Source of the DNA: Candidatus Algichlamydia australiensis
GTDB lineage: Bacteria > Chlamydiota > Chlamydiia > Chlamydiales > JAJFMI01
DNA: 64,000 nucleotides
NCBI GenBank assembly: GCA_033977065.1
Contig: JAXCHI010000002.1
Span: 96,001-160,000, forward strand
Reading direction: 5' to 3'
Shown here in pieces: positions 38,646 through 49,203 of this stretch; positions within the stretch are counted from its first letter, which is position 1; each line of letters opens with the position of its first letter. Both the position numbers and the translations under genes were made by a program. The notes beneath the pieces are model-generated. The model saw only the letters and a program-made list of their open reading frames with translations, did no database searches and had not been told where the DNA came from.

Positions 38646-38987
38646 ATGACAACAATTAAAATTCGCGAAGAGAAGATCAAGGGGTGTCCTGTTCTTAAAG
38701 TGGAAGGACGTCTTGACGCGGCTTCAACAGCAACACTTGAAGCGCGCTTAAGCTCTCATCTTGAAAAGGGAGTTGATAAGATTTTAATCGACTTTTCAAA
38801 GATCGAATACTTGAGTAGTGCTGGCATGCGTCTTCTTCTCTCTGTGAATAAGCGTCTTCAGGAGGCAGGAGGCTTTTTAGGTCTCTACTCCTTGCGTGAG
38901 AGCGTAAGAGAGATTGTCAAACTTGCTGGATTTGAAAAGATTTTGACAATCTATGCAGACGAGAAAGAAGTAATTCAGACGATCTAA
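38646..38987 (+). CDS. rsbV: STAS anti-sigma-factor antagonist
   Basis: GRLDA, IDFSKIEYLSSAGMR. Confidence 0.85.
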   Translation: MTTIKIREEKIKGCPVLKVEGRLDAASTATLEARLSSHLEKGVDKILIDFSKIEYLSSAGMRLLLSVNKRLQEAGGFLGLYSLRESVREIVKLAGFEKILTIYADEKEVIQTI

Positions 38988-39994
38988 TGTCACAAGATTT
39001 TGGTACTTCGCCTCTTATCTCTCCTAAACGCTCACATATACAGCCTTCCCCTAAAAAGGGGAAGGTTTTGGTTTTAGCAGGCCCGACAGCAACGGGTAAA
39101 ACCAAAATAGGCATTGAAGTTGCTAAAAAACTTTCTGGTGAAATTATTTCTGCCGATTCTATGCAAGTCTATCTCGGCATGGACATCGGTACAGCCAAAG
39201 CCTCCCTCGAAGAACGCCTGGAAATCCCACATCACCTCATCGATATTTGCGAAATAGCAGACCCATTCAATGTAGCTAAATTTCACACAGAAGCCACTCG
39301 TCTCATAGAGGGGATTATTGCACGCGATCAGGTCCCGATTGTTGTAGGAGGAACTGGGTTTTACATTCACGCTCTTCTCTATGGACCACCGCAAGGACCG
39401 CCCTCAGATGAAAAAACGCGTATGGAGCTTGAAGAAGAGCTTGGTGAAAAGGGGGTAGAAGAGCTCTACGAAAGATTAAAAAGTTTAGATCCTGAGTATG
39501 CGAAGACGATTACACCACAAGATCGTGTAAAAATTGTACGCGCTTTAGAAATCATCAAGCTCTCTGATGAAAAAGTTTCAAAATTTAAAATTACCCTTCC
39601 TTCCCAGGCGATATCTCCATTTGATTTTCACTGCTGGTTTTTACACTATCCACGAGAAATATTATATCCACGAATAGAGATGCGCTGTGATGAGATGATT
39701 GCTAAAGGCTTTGTTAAAGAGGTAGAAGCTCTTTTGCGAAGAGGGTTGAGGGAGAATCGAAGTGCAGCTCTCTCCATCGGATACCGGCAATGTATAGAAT
39801 TTTTGGAGTCCGATCGTACGTCTCAGGAATTTGAAAAATTTATTTGGAGCTTCAAACAGGCCTCGCGGCGCTATGCAAAACGGCAATTTACCTGGTTTCG
39901 CAAAGAGCCCCTCTTTCATTGGCTTGATCTTTCCGAGCAGGGTGAAGAAGCTGCGATCGATCTTATCGTAGAAGAGTTCATTTCCTCGATATGA
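38987..39994 (+). CDS. miaA: tRNA dimethylallyltransferase
   Basis: GPTATGKT, SADSMQVY, VGGTGFY, YAKRQFTWF. Confidence 0.97.
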   Translation: MSQDFGTSPLISPKRSHIQPSPKKGKVLVLAGPTATGKTKIGIEVAKKLSGEIISADSMQVYLGMDIGTAKASLEERLEIPHHLIDICEIADPFNVAKFHTEATRLIEGIIARDQVPIVVGGTGFYIHALLYGPPQGPPSDEKTRMELEEELGEKGVEELYERLKSLDPEYAKTITPQDRVKIVRALEIIKLSDEKVSKFKITLPSQAISPFDFHCWFLHYPREILYPRIEMRCDEMIAKGFVKEVEALLRRGLRENRSAALSIGYRQCIEFLESDRTSQEFEKFIWSFKQASRRYAKRQFTWFRKEPLFHWLDLSEQGEEAAIDLIVEEFISSI

Positions 39995-40095
39995 ACCTAA
40001 ATTTTTGCCCAGTTTTGCTCGATTTTTCGGCTTCTTTTCAAAAAGAGCAATTATTCAGTGGTTCCTAATTTACAAAATTGTTAACATATTCTTCT

Positions 40096-41622
40096 ATGGC
40101 TGAAAGTGCATTTACTGCTTTGCAAGAAGCGATTAAAAACAAGGAAAACGTCGAAGATAAGATCCGTGCGGTGATCGACTTTATGAAGGGAGCGATCTCC
40201 TCTTCCGAAAGTCCTCGATTTAAAGATTTTTGGAATGCGAAAGAGCTTGCCTTAACCCTATTTAAAGAAAAGCTCAATCCAGGACTTCGCTCCGAATTTT
40301 GGAAAGAGTACACTTCTCTTATCGAAGAGGCGCGTCGTTTAAAAGAAGTATTTGATGAGCAAGCAACATTTGCTCTTGAGCAGATCGACCTTGCGATTAA
40401 TGCTTTTACAGAGAGTTTGGAAGAAAAAGAGGAAAAAGTAGCGGCAATCAAATCTCTCTCTTTTCCCAAAAGTGCTTACCATTTAAATCAAAATCATAAA
40501 CTCTACGATCCCCATTATCGCGAGTTAAAGTTTTTAACCAGCTTAGGAGAGAGGCTAAAAGCGCTTCGTAAGGAAGTTTTAGGAACGGAGATGCGTATTC
40601 GTTTCAAAAATAAAATCTTGCAAAAGCTCTCCGCACTAGGAGATCAAATTTTTCCTCGTCGTCGTGTTCTTATCGATGAGATCTCTGCACAATTTATTGA
40701 AGATGTAAAGAGATTCTCTGATAAGCATTTTGGCAATGGCGCATCTGCTAAAGGATTTCAGCTTCGCGATGAGATCAAGGCTTTTCAAGAGTATGCAAAA
40801 GTTTTGACAATCTCAAGTACGATCTTTCAACAAGCGCGTAAAATATTGAGCGCTTGCTGGGATAAAATCAAAGAGGGTGATAAAGAGCGCAAAAAAGAGT
40901 ACGAAGAGAAAAAAGATCTCTTTGATGCCAATGCTGCCAAAATTCAAGAACTTATAGCACCTCTTGAAGAAGAGAAAGAGAAGTTGACGCTTGACGAGAC
41001 AAGCAAGAGAGTCGACGCCATCCTTAAGGAGATGCGTGAAACAGAGCTCTCTTTTGAAGCGATCAAAAAATTTAAAGATCTTCTTCACGGAATCCGTCGG
41101 GAAAAAATGGCAAAAGTAGAAGAAGAGGCTAAGAAGCGCCGCAGTATAGAAAAAGAGAAGATGGAGCAGCGCAAAAAAGAGCTCGATGATCTCTATGCTG
41201 ATTGGAGTCAATTCTTAGAGAGTTCTCCGGAAAAAACCCTTCTTTCAGAGGCCCCAAGTGTCTGGGAAGAGAAGTTGCAAACTCTGCAGGTTGTTGAGCA
41301 TGAACGCGAGCCATTCTCTGTTCTTTTTGACCAACTTGAAGATCTAAATTTAGTCCATAAAGAGGGCGAACTTTTAGAAGTTACTGACATCAATGAAGAC
41401 TATTTAGAAGCTCTAGAGAGTGCGCTAGCTCAGCGTATCGAATTTCGTGACCGTATAAAAATGCGATTAGAACTCTTGCGAAAAGAGGCGGGAGGATCTA
41501 GTCTAGACTTTGAAAGGGCAATCAAGGCGCAAGAGCACGTTAACAGAGAAAAGACGCGGCTTACGCATGCAAATGACGCGATTGCTCAACTTGAGAGTCG
41601 CATTGATGAGATCACAGAGTAA
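40096..41622 (+). CDS. Chlamydial-type coiled-coil hypothetical protein
   Basis: Long helical ORF between miaA and nadD/rsfS; ATG at 40096. Confidence 0.75.
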   Translation: MAESAFTALQEAIKNKENVEDKIRAVIDFMKGAISSSESPRFKDFWNAKELALTLFKEKLNPGLRSEFWKEYTSLIEEARRLKEVFDEQATFALEQIDLAINAFTESLEEKEEKVAAIKSLSFPKSAYHLNQNHKLYDPHYRELKFLTSLGERLKALRKEVLGTEMRIRFKNKILQKLSALGDQIFPRRRVLIDEISAQFIEDVKRFSDKHFGNGASAKGFQLRDEIKAFQEYAKVLTISSTIFQQARKILSACWDKIKEGDKERKKEYEEKKDLFDANAAKIQELIAPLEEEKEKLTLDETSKRVDAILKEMRETELSFEAIKKFKDLLHGIRREKMAKVEEEAKKRRSIEKEKMEQRKKELDDLYADWSQFLESSPEKTLLSEAPSVWEEKLQTLQVVEHEREPFSVLFDQLEDLNLVHKEGELLEVTDINEDYLEALESALAQRIEFRDRIKMRLELLRKEAGGSSLDFERAIKAQEHVNREKTRLTHANDAIAQLESRIDEITE

Positions 41623-42187
41623 AATTGCATTTTTCGGTGGGTCTTTTGACCCTGTCCATCTTGGCCATTTAAATCTTATTGTCTCAATGAGAGAGAGGTG
41701 GGAATTAGATGAAATCATCATCAGTCCTGTTTTTTGTTCTCCGTTCAAAGAGAATGACCCTCCGATCGCATCTCCTGAACATCGCCTAAAAATGTGTGAA
41801 ATTGCTTTCTCAGATATTCCAGGTGTGCACGTTTCCGATAGAGAAGTAAAGAGAGGGGGGCCTTCATTTACTATTGAAAGCATTGAAACTCTCTATGAAG
41901 ATCATAAAGAAAAAATTTTTCTTATACTAAGTGAAGATGTAGCAGAACATCTTCTGAATTGGAAAAACGCAAAAAAATTACTTGAAATCTCAACTCCTTT
42001 GATTTGCGATCGGAAATTAGGACGATTAGACAGCCTACCTCTCGAGATCAAAAAAAATATTACCACACTTCCGCTCTTCGAAGTCTCTAGCACTGAAGTG
42101 CGTGCGCGCCTCAAAAAAAAGCTTTATTGTAGGCATCTTCTTCCAAGTAAAGTCCTGGACTACATATATCAAAATGATTTATACTAG
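41606..42187 (+). CDS. nadD: Nicotinate-nucleotide adenylyltransferase
   Basis: FGGSFDPVHLGH, VSSTEVR. Confidence 0.93.
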   Translation: MRSQSKIAFFGGSFDPVHLGHLNLIVSMRERWELDEIIISPVFCSPFKENDPPIASPEHRLKMCEIAFSDIPGVHVSDREVKRGGPSFTIESIETLYEDHKEKIFLILSEDVAEHLLNWKNAKKLLEISTPLICDRKLGRLDSLPLEIKKNITTLPLFEVSSTEVRARLKKKLYCRHLLPSKVLDYIYQNDLY

Positions 42188-42195
42188 TACCCATC

Positions 42196-42555
42196 ATGAG
42201 TACAGACAAAGAACAAAACATTCAACTTGCAGCTAAAATTATTTCTGACAAAAAGGGGGACAATATTGTCGGCCTTGATGTCAGCGAAGTCTCTTCAATG
42301 ACCAACCATATTCTCATTGCAGAGGGGATGATCGATCGCCATGTTGTTGCGATGGCTAAAACTCTGCAAGCAGAAATGAAGGAGGCCGGAAACCCTCCGA
42401 CACGTGTAGAGGGAGTAGAAAGTGGTGATTGGGTTGTGCTTGACTTTGTTGACTTAATCGTTCATATTTTCACTCCACAGATGAGGGAGCTTTTTCAGCT
42501 CGAAAAGCTCTTCCAATCTGCAAAACCTCTCAACTTAAATTTACAAAACGCATGA
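42196..42555 (+). CDS. rsfS: Ribosome silencing factor
   Basis: DKKGDNI, WVVLDF, VHIF, LEKLF; follows nadD. Confidence 0.92.
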   Translation: MSTDKEQNIQLAAKIISDKKGDNIVGLDVSEVSSMTNHILIAEGMIDRHVVAMAKTLQAEMKEAGNPPTRVEGVESGDWVVLDFVDLIVHIFTPQMRELFQLEKLFQSAKPLNLNLQNA

Positions 42556-43799
42556 AGAAAAAAAGAGTAGTTGTTACGGGAATGGGGCTAGTTTCCTGTT
42601 TCGGAAGTGACATTGATACATTTTACGAAAAGCTATTGAAAGGGGAGAGTGGTATCTCTTCTATCGAATCTTTTGATGTTTCTGATTACCCTACGCGCTT
42701 CGCTGGAGAGATCAAAGAAGTTGACTCTGAAGGCTACATCGATAAGAAGCAGGCAAGACGGGTCGATCCCTACATTCGCTACACTATGGTCGCGGGAAAT
42801 CGCGCAATCGAAAATGCAAACCTTGATGATAGCAGAATCAATAAGGAGCGTGTTGGTGTTATTATCGGTTCTGGCATGGGAGGCATGCATACTTTTGAAA
42901 ATGGTGTACACACTCTTACAAATCGCGGTTTTAATCGGTTAACCCCATTTTTTATTCCCTATGTGATCACAAATATGGGAGGATCGCTTCTCGCCACAGA
43001 TCACGGTTACATGGGTCCCAATTACTCGATTTCAACCGCTTGTGCAACAGCAAACTACTCAATTGTGGCAGCAGCGAACCATATCCGAAATGGCGATGCA
43101 GATGTGATGCTCTGTGGAGGGGCAGAAGCACCTCTTACGCCAGTTGGAGTGGCAGGCTTTGTCGTGATCAAAGCGCTTTCTACACGTAATGAAGAGCCTG
43201 AAAAAGCGGGACGTCCTTGGGACAAATCGCGTGATGGATTTGTGATGGGAGAGGGTTGCGGAGTCCTAGTACTTGAAAGTCTAGAACACGCTCAAGCTCG
43301 TGGAGCGACGATTCTTGCCGAATATCTCGGTGGTGCTTACTCCTGCGATGCCTATCATATGACAAGCCCGCGTGAAGATGGTTCAGGTGTTGCGATCTGT
43401 ATTGAAAATGCAATTAAAGATGCGGAAATTTCTCCTGAGCAAATCAATTATGTCAATGCCCACGCTACATGTACTCCAGTTGGAGATCTGTGTGAAATCC
43501 GTGCAATGAAAAAAGTCTTTGGTGGTCATATCAACAATATCGCGATCAATGCAACAAAGCCGATGACAGGGCACTGTCTCGGTGCCGCTGCCGCGATTGA
43601 GGGAGTTGCAACAATCAAAGCAATTCAAACAGGAAGGGTCCATCCGACGATCAATTGCGAAGATCCTGAAGATGAAGTAGCTGGTATCGACCTTGTGCGT
43701 GATGGCGCAAAAGAGATGAAAATTACAGCAGCCGCTTCAAATTCCTTTGGGTTTGGTGGGCATAACTCCACAGTCATTTTTGCACCCTACAATGGATAA
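42552..43799 (+). CDS. fabF: Beta-ketoacyl-ACP synthase II
   Basis: RVVVTGMG, TACAT, NAHAT, SNSFGFGGHN. Confidence 0.96.
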   Translation: MKKKRVVVTGMGLVSCFGSDIDTFYEKLLKGESGISSIESFDVSDYPTRFAGEIKEVDSEGYIDKKQARRVDPYIRYTMVAGNRAIENANLDDSRINKERVGVIIGSGMGGMHTFENGVHTLTNRGFNRLTPFFIPYVITNMGGSLLATDHGYMGPNYSISTACATANYSIVAAANHIRNGDADVMLCGGAEAPLTPVGVAGFVVIKALSTRNEEPEKAGRPWDKSRDGFVMGEGCGVLVLESLEHAQARGATILAEYLGGAYSCDAYHMTSPREDGSGVAICIENAIKDAEISPEQINYVNAHATCTPVGDLCEIRAMKKVFGGHINNIAINATKPMTGHCLGAAAAIEGVATIKAIQTGRVHPTINCEDPEDEVAGIDLVRDGAKEMKITAAASNSFGFGGHNSTVIFAPYNG

Positions 43800-44205
43800 G
43801 GAGATTTCCTTCGGCATTCTACCTCTTCGCAAGAGAGAAAAGGGATGGGAACTCTTTCTTGTACAGCATAAAAATGGCAATTTTTGGGGTTTCCCCAAAG
43901 GGCATGCGGATAAAGGAGAGTCTCCCTTTCAAACAGCTGCTCGAGAGTTAAAAGAGGAGACAGATCTTGATATAGAAAAATTTCTTACACTAAAGCCCTA
44001 CTCAGAAAATTACTCCTTTATGCGAGATGGACGCAGAATTAAAAAAGAGGTACACTACTACTCAGCCCTAGTAGAAGGGGAAGGCAAGCGGTGTCAGGAA
44101 GAACTTCTAGATGCTGGCTGGTTCCCCATTGATGAAGTAGAAAAAAAACTTACCTACCTAGAGGCAAAAAAAATATTTACTCGATTAAAAGAGGACTTAA
44201 AATGA
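43792..44205 (+). CDS. NUDIX hydrolase (Ap4A hydrolase-like)
   Basis: WGFPKGH...AARELKEET Nudix box. Confidence 0.9.
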   Translation: MDKEISFGILPLRKREKGWELFLVQHKNGNFWGFPKGHADKGESPFQTAARELKEETDLDIEKFLTLKPYSENYSFMRDGRRIKKEVHYYSALVEGEGKRCQEELLDAGWFPIDEVEKKLTYLEAKKIFTRLKEDLK

Positions 44206-44729
44206 TCAAAACTTTAGCACAGATTAAAAACAAAACTTTTGCAAAAGATGCTATACTCGTAGTTGGTGCTTCTCTTCTTATTGGGCTCTCTGCAAAAGTC
44301 CATATTCCTTTAGGGTTTACCCCCATTCCTCTTGCAATTCGCTCTCAACTCATTCTGTTTTTGGCACTTTTTTTAGGCCCAAAGCGTGCTGCTCTAGCAA
44401 CAGCAGGCTTCCTTCTTCAAGGGATTGCGGGTCTCCCAGTGTTTATGGGAGCTGGTCTAACGGGGCCGATGGCGGGCTATCTACTTGGGTATGTGGGCGC
44501 TGCCTATATAACAGGAAAACTTGCAGAAAGCTCTACAACTTATAAGCAAAATTTTATTGCAATGGGCGTAGGAGCGCTCGTGATCTATCTCTTTGGTGTG
44601 ATTGGATTAACTCCTTACGTTGGAAGCGTGCAAAAAGCTGTGTTACTTGGAGTGCTACCGTTTCTTCCAGGAGATCTACTAAAACTCGTACTTGCAACTA
44701 AGATTTCACAGCTTCGATTGAAGTTTTGA
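44202..44729 (+). CDS. bioY: Biotin transporter BioY
   Basis: PLGFTPIP, GLPVF, GYLLG, PFLPGDLLK. Confidence 0.9.
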   Translation: MIKTLAQIKNKTFAKDAILVVGASLLIGLSAKVHIPLGFTPIPLAIRSQLILFLALFLGPKRAALATAGFLLQGIAGLPVFMGAGLTGPMAGYLLGYVGAAYITGKLAESSTTYKQNFIAMGVGALVIYLFGVIGLTPYVGSVQKAVLLGVLPFLPGDLLKLVLATKISQLRLKF

Positions 44730-44951
44730 TCTAGTTTCAGTTACTCTCTGATCCGTTTTTCTAGTCGCTTCGGCGGTGCCTTTTGTAAACTTATGTGCAC
44801 CAATGATAACTTTACTGCGCTCGGTATTAACAGAAGGTTGAGCGCTTTTCCAAACACTCTTTGTTTTTTCTGACCCTCTACTCATCGCTTCGCTCTCATC
44901 AGGTTTTTTGGGTGCAGGTGTTCCGCCAGGGCCATTAACAGGTGTTGTCAT
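44706..44951 (-). CDS. Small hypothetical protein with effector-like N-terminus
   Basis: GGAG RBS 6 nt upstream; MTTPVNGPGGTPAP start; hydrophilic. Confidence 0.6.
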   Translation of the reverse strand: MTTPVNGPGGTPAPKKPDESEAMSRGSEKTKSVWKSAQPSVNTERSKVIIGAHKFTKGTAEATRKTDQRVTETRSKLQSKL

Positions 44952-45136
44952 AACTATCTCCTTCGTTTGTATCTATACTAGTTAATATAGTAAATTTTAG
45001 AAGTCAATCGATTTTATTTGGAAATCGTAAGAAATGTATCTAATTTTCATTACAAAATCATCCTTTTGTCTTCAACCTAAACACTTTGCCCTTTTTAAAT
45101 TTTTCAGATTTTTCTGAATGTGGTATGCTAGGAGCT

Positions 45137-47800
45137 ATGCAGCTACTATTTAAAATTCTCTCCAAGTTTCTCCTTACTATTTTAAAATTGCGCTACCGCT
45201 TCAAAGTTAAGGGTTTTAAGGAACTCAACCGCAAAGGAAGAGGCTATCTCTTTCTACCCAATCACCCCGCAGAAATTGACCCCATTATCATGATGGCTTT
45301 TTTAGGTGGTGATTTCCGTCCACGCCCTCTGGCAGTTGATCACTTCTATTACATGAAAGGTGCCAAACCTTTTATGGATTTTGTCAAAGCTCTTCCTATT
45401 CCTAATTTTGAGACCTCTGCTAACAGCTGGAAAATTAAGAGAGGGGAGAAGTGCCTCAAAGAGGTAGAAGAGGGACTGCGTCGTGGAGAAAACTTTTTAA
45501 TTTATCCTTCAGGAAATTTGCGCCGTTCTCCTCGTGAACGCATTGGGGGAAGCTCTTTTGTACATACGATTACAAAAGAAGTTCCTGAAGCGAATATAGT
45601 TTTAATTCGCACGACTGGGCTTTGGGGATCGATGTTTTCACGAGCCATCACAGGGAAGTCTCCCGACTTTTGGAAGACCCTTTCCACTGGATTCAAGTCG
45701 ATTTTAAAAAATGGAATCTTCTTTGTTCCTAAGCGTGAAGTGGAGATTGAATTTTTCCAGCCTAAAGAGCAACTGCCTCGGAACGAAGATCGCATGGTTT
45801 TTAACCGCTACTTAGAAAATTGGTACAATCAATATGGCGCCCCAGAGATCACTGGTGAACCGTTAAAACTTATCTCGTTGAGTCGCTTTAAAGAAGAGCT
45901 CCCGGAAGTGATTCCAATTGAAAAACAGCGTTTAACACGTGAGCAAGAAGTACCCGAGAATATTCGCCAAGATATCTATGCAAAGTTAGCGGAAACAGCA
46001 GAAATTGATATCGCTAAAATTTCTGATGAGAAAGATCTCTCTTCCGACCTGGGTCTTGACTCTCTAGATGTTGCCGACATGCTTGCCTATCTTGATCACA
46101 AATATGAGGTGCAGAGCAATCGTCCAGGTGATCTGCTTACAGTACGCGATCTTTTGGACGTGGCAATGGGAGAGAAAATTTCAGAAGAAGAGGCCTCGCC
46201 TCTACCACCTGATCTTACTTGGGAAGAAGAAGCGAGTCGTCCTAATCCCGGTTTTGCACAAGGAGAGACAATACCTGAAGCCTTTTTAACAACATGCAAA
46301 AAAATGGGAGATCATGCTGCTGGAGCTGATGCCAATTCAGGGATCTTGTCTTACAAACGGATGCGAAAGGGTGCTTTTGTTTTGGCAGAGTATTTCAAAA
46401 CTCTACCAGGTGAGAACATCGGTGTGATGATTCCTGCTTCAGCCGCAACCTACATCGTTGTGCTTGCGTGCTATTTTGCGAAAAAAACGCCTGTGATGCT
46501 CAACTGGACGGTAGGACCGCGCAATCTCAGTCATGCAGTTAACGTGGCTGAAGTTGAGGTTATTTTGACCTCACGGCGCTTTTTGGAGCGTGCCGAAACT
46601 CTTGAAATTGGGGACCTTGATGAGAAGCTTAAAATGTTGGAAGATATAAAAGCAGAGCTCTCTTTAAAACAGAAATTGACAGGTGTTTTCAAAACATTTA
46701 CCAAACCTAAGTTTCCAAATCCTAAAGATACTGCAGTACTGCTCTTCACAAGCGGTACAGAAAACCTTCCAAAAGCAGTTCCTCTTACTCATAAAAATAT
46801 TTTAGAAAATCAGCGCGCCGCTCTAAGTTGCATCGATCCGTGCACAACCGATGTCATGCTCGGCTGTCTGCCTCCTTTTCACTCTTTTGGCTTCTCTGTC
46901 ACAGGACTCCTGCCTCTTCTCTCGGGCTTCCGTGTCTTCTATTCACCTGACCCAACAGATAGCAAACTTTTAGCAGAAATGTGTGGACAGTGGCGCATTA
47001 CAATGACCTGCTTAGCGCCAAGTTTTTATCGCAATTTAATCAAGCTTGCAACAGCTGAGCAGCTTGCTTATGTGCGCTATTTTGTCACTGGAGCAGAAAA
47101 GGCACCGGAAGAGCTCTATCGGGAAGTTGAACGTCGCTTCCCTAATGGGCAAGTGATTGAAGGGTACGGTATTACAGAGTGTGCCCCAATCGTAACAATG
47201 ACCCGTCCTGAGCTCTCTCCACGCGGTGTTGGGCAGCCACTTCCTGGAATTGATCTCTGCGTCATCCACCAGGAAACAGAAAAAGTTCTGTCACAAGGCG
47301 AATCGGGAGAAGTCTGCATCAAAGGTCCCAACGTCTTTCCCGGCTACCTCGGTAAAGATGCGCCCAACCCTTTTATTGAAATCGAAGGAGAGCGCTGGTA
47401 CCGTAGTGGCGACATTGGTCGCTTAGATGAAGAGAACTTTTTGCTTTTTGAAGGACGACTGAAGCGCTTTGTGAAAATTGGCGGAGAGATGCTGAGCCTG
47501 AACGCAATGGAAAATGTTCTGCTTGAAGAGGGGGCAAAGCGTAACTGGTTTGATGCAGAACACGACAAATACCCTCTAGCTGTCTGCGCCTTGGAAGAGG
47601 GCGAAACAGCACAACTCATCCTGGTTACAACCTTTGACTTGGAAAAAGAGGAGGCGAACCGCGCTTTGCGAGAAGGAGGCCTTGGCCGTATTGCCAAAGT
47701 TTCTACTGTCAAGCGTGTGGAAGAAATTCCTTTAACTGGAACGGGAAAAGTGCACTTAAAAGGATTAATTGATTTAGTTGAGAAGCTTGTTCATGGTTAA
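45137..47800 (+). CDS. aas: Acyltransferase-ACP-acyl-AMP ligase fusion (Aas-like)
   Basis: NHPAEID and YPSG acyltransferase motifs, DLGLDSLD carrier motif, FTSGTENLPK, EGYGITE, YRSGD; AGGAG before ATG at 45137. Confidence 0.88.
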   Translation: MQLLFKILSKFLLTILKLRYRFKVKGFKELNRKGRGYLFLPNHPAEIDPIIMMAFLGGDFRPRPLAVDHFYYMKGAKPFMDFVKALPIPNFETSANSWKIKRGEKCLKEVEEGLRRGENFLIYPSGNLRRSPRERIGGSSFVHTITKEVPEANIVLIRTTGLWGSMFSRAITGKSPDFWKTLSTGFKSILKNGIFFVPKREVEIEFFQPKEQLPRNEDRMVFNRYLENWYNQYGAPEITGEPLKLISLSRFKEELPEVIPIEKQRLTREQEVPENIRQDIYAKLAETAEIDIAKISDEKDLSSDLGLDSLDVADMLAYLDHKYEVQSNRPGDLLTVRDLLDVAMGEKISEEEASPLPPDLTWEEEASRPNPGFAQGETIPEAFLTTCKKMGDHAAGADANSGILSYKRMRKGAFVLAEYFKTLPGENIGVMIPASAATYIVVLACYFAKKTPVMLNWTVGPRNLSHAVNVAEVEVILTSRRFLERAETLEIGDLDEKLKMLEDIKAELSLKQKLTGVFKTFTKPKFPNPKDTAVLLFTSGTENLPKAVPLTHKNILENQRAALSCIDPCTTDVMLGCLPPFHSFGFSVTGLLPLLSGFRVFYSPDPTDSKLLAEMCGQWRITMTCLAPSFYRNLIKLATAEQLAYVRYFVTGAEKAPEELYREVERRFPNGQVIEGYGITECAPIVTMTRPELSPRGVGQPLPGIDLCVIHQETEKVLSQGESGEVCIKGPNVFPGYLGKDAPNPFIEIEGERWYRSGDIGRLDEENFLLFEGRLKRFVKIGGEMLSLNAMENVLLEEGAKRNWFDAEHDKYPLAVCALEEGETAQLILVTTFDLEKEEANRALREGGLGRIAKVSTVKRVEEIPLTGTGKVHLKGLIDLVEKLVHG

Positions 47801-49193
47801 ATTTTTTAATACTCACACGCGCAAAAAAGAGAGTCTCAAACCGCAATCAGGGAAAACTTTTCGCATCTACACCTGCGGTCCTACAGTTTACGACTATGCA
47901 CACATCGGCAATTTTAGGACCTATGTTTTTGAGGACCTGCTGCGCCGCACCCTCCAATACTTTGGCTATAAAGTGCACCAAGTGATGAATATCACAGACG
48001 TGGATGATAAAACTATCCGAGGAGCATTGGCAAAGAAGCAGAGTCTCTCTGATTACACCAAACCCTACACAAAAGCCTTTTTTGAGGATTTGAAAACCCT
48101 CTTCATCGAACCAGTGGAAAGCTATCCAAAAGCGACCGACCACTTTCCAGAAATGATCGCCATGATCGAAACTCTTCTCAAAAAAGAGATCGCCTACAAA
48201 GGCTCTGACAATTCAATCTACTTTCGCATTGCAAGTTTTTCAAGCTACGGGAATCTCTCCCATCTTAAGCTTGATGAACTTGAACAGGGTGCCTCTGAGC
48301 GCGTAGCAAGTGATGAATATGAGAAAGAGACAGCAGCAGATTTTGTTCTCTGGAAAGCGTATGATGAGAAGCGAGACGGCAATATCTTTTGGGAGAGTCC
48401 ATTTGGCAAGGGTAGACCAGGCTGGCACCTTGAGTGCTCTGCTATGGCACGAAAACATTTAGGTGACACACTCGATATTCACTGCGGAGGAGTCGACAAC
48501 ATCTTTCCCCACCATGAAAATGAAATCGCCCAGTCAGAATGCTGCACAGGAAAAACCTTTGCGCGTCACTGGATGCACTCCGAGCATCTACTCGTCGACA
48601 ATAAAAAAATGAGCAAAAGCCTCGGAAATTTTTACACTCTGCGCAATCTTCTTGATAAAGGTTACAGTGGTAGAGAGGTGCGCTACCTGCTGCTTTCCAC
48701 CCACTACCGCACTCAGCTCAATTTTACTCTTGATGGCCTCACCGCCGCACGAAATTCGCTTAAACGCCTCGATGACTTTGTTCAGCGCCTAAAGCAAGCC
48801 CACGGAGCCGGCAACGCCACTGCCCTTATCACGGAAACTGAAAAACGCTTCTCTGATGGCTTAGCTGACGACCTCAATATTTCCGTCTCCTTAGCTGCCC
48901 TCTTTGATCTTGTGCGTGATGTAAACAGACTTATCGACAAACAAGAGTTGAGTGAGGAAGGGGCTCAAGAAGTTTTTTCCCTATTACAAAAATTCAATAC
49001 CGTTCTAGCTGCCCTAAATTTTGAAAAAAAAGAGTTATCCGTCCCAGCTGAGGTAGAAGAGCTTTTAACAAAACGCAATGCTGCGCGTAGCGCCAAAAAT
49101 TGGGCAGAAGCAGACCGTTTCCGCGATCAGATATTAGAGAAAGGCTTTACAATTGTTGATGAGCCTGGTGGGTCGCATCTTAAGGCGCTTTAA
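47793..49193 (+). CDS. cysS: Cysteine--tRNA ligase
   Basis: CGPTVYDYAHIGN, GRPGWHLEC, KMSKS. Confidence 0.97.
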   Translation: MVKFFNTHTRKKESLKPQSGKTFRIYTCGPTVYDYAHIGNFRTYVFEDLLRRTLQYFGYKVHQVMNITDVDDKTIRGALAKKQSLSDYTKPYTKAFFEDLKTLFIEPVESYPKATDHFPEMIAMIETLLKKEIAYKGSDNSIYFRIASFSSYGNLSHLKLDELEQGASERVASDEYEKETAADFVLWKAYDEKRDGNIFWESPFGKGRPGWHLECSAMARKHLGDTLDIHCGGVDNIFPHHENEIAQSECCTGKTFARHWMHSEHLLVDNKKMSKSLGNFYTLRNLLDKGYSGREVRYLLLSTHYRTQLNFTLDGLTAARNSLKRLDDFVQRLKQAHGAGNATALITETEKRFSDGLADDLNISVSLAALFDLVRDVNRLIDKQELSEEGAQEVFSLLQKFNTVLAALNFEKKELSVPAEVEELLTKRNAARSAKNWAEADRFRDQILEKGFTIVDEPGGSHLKAL

Positions 49194-49203
49194 GATTTCT
49201 TCT

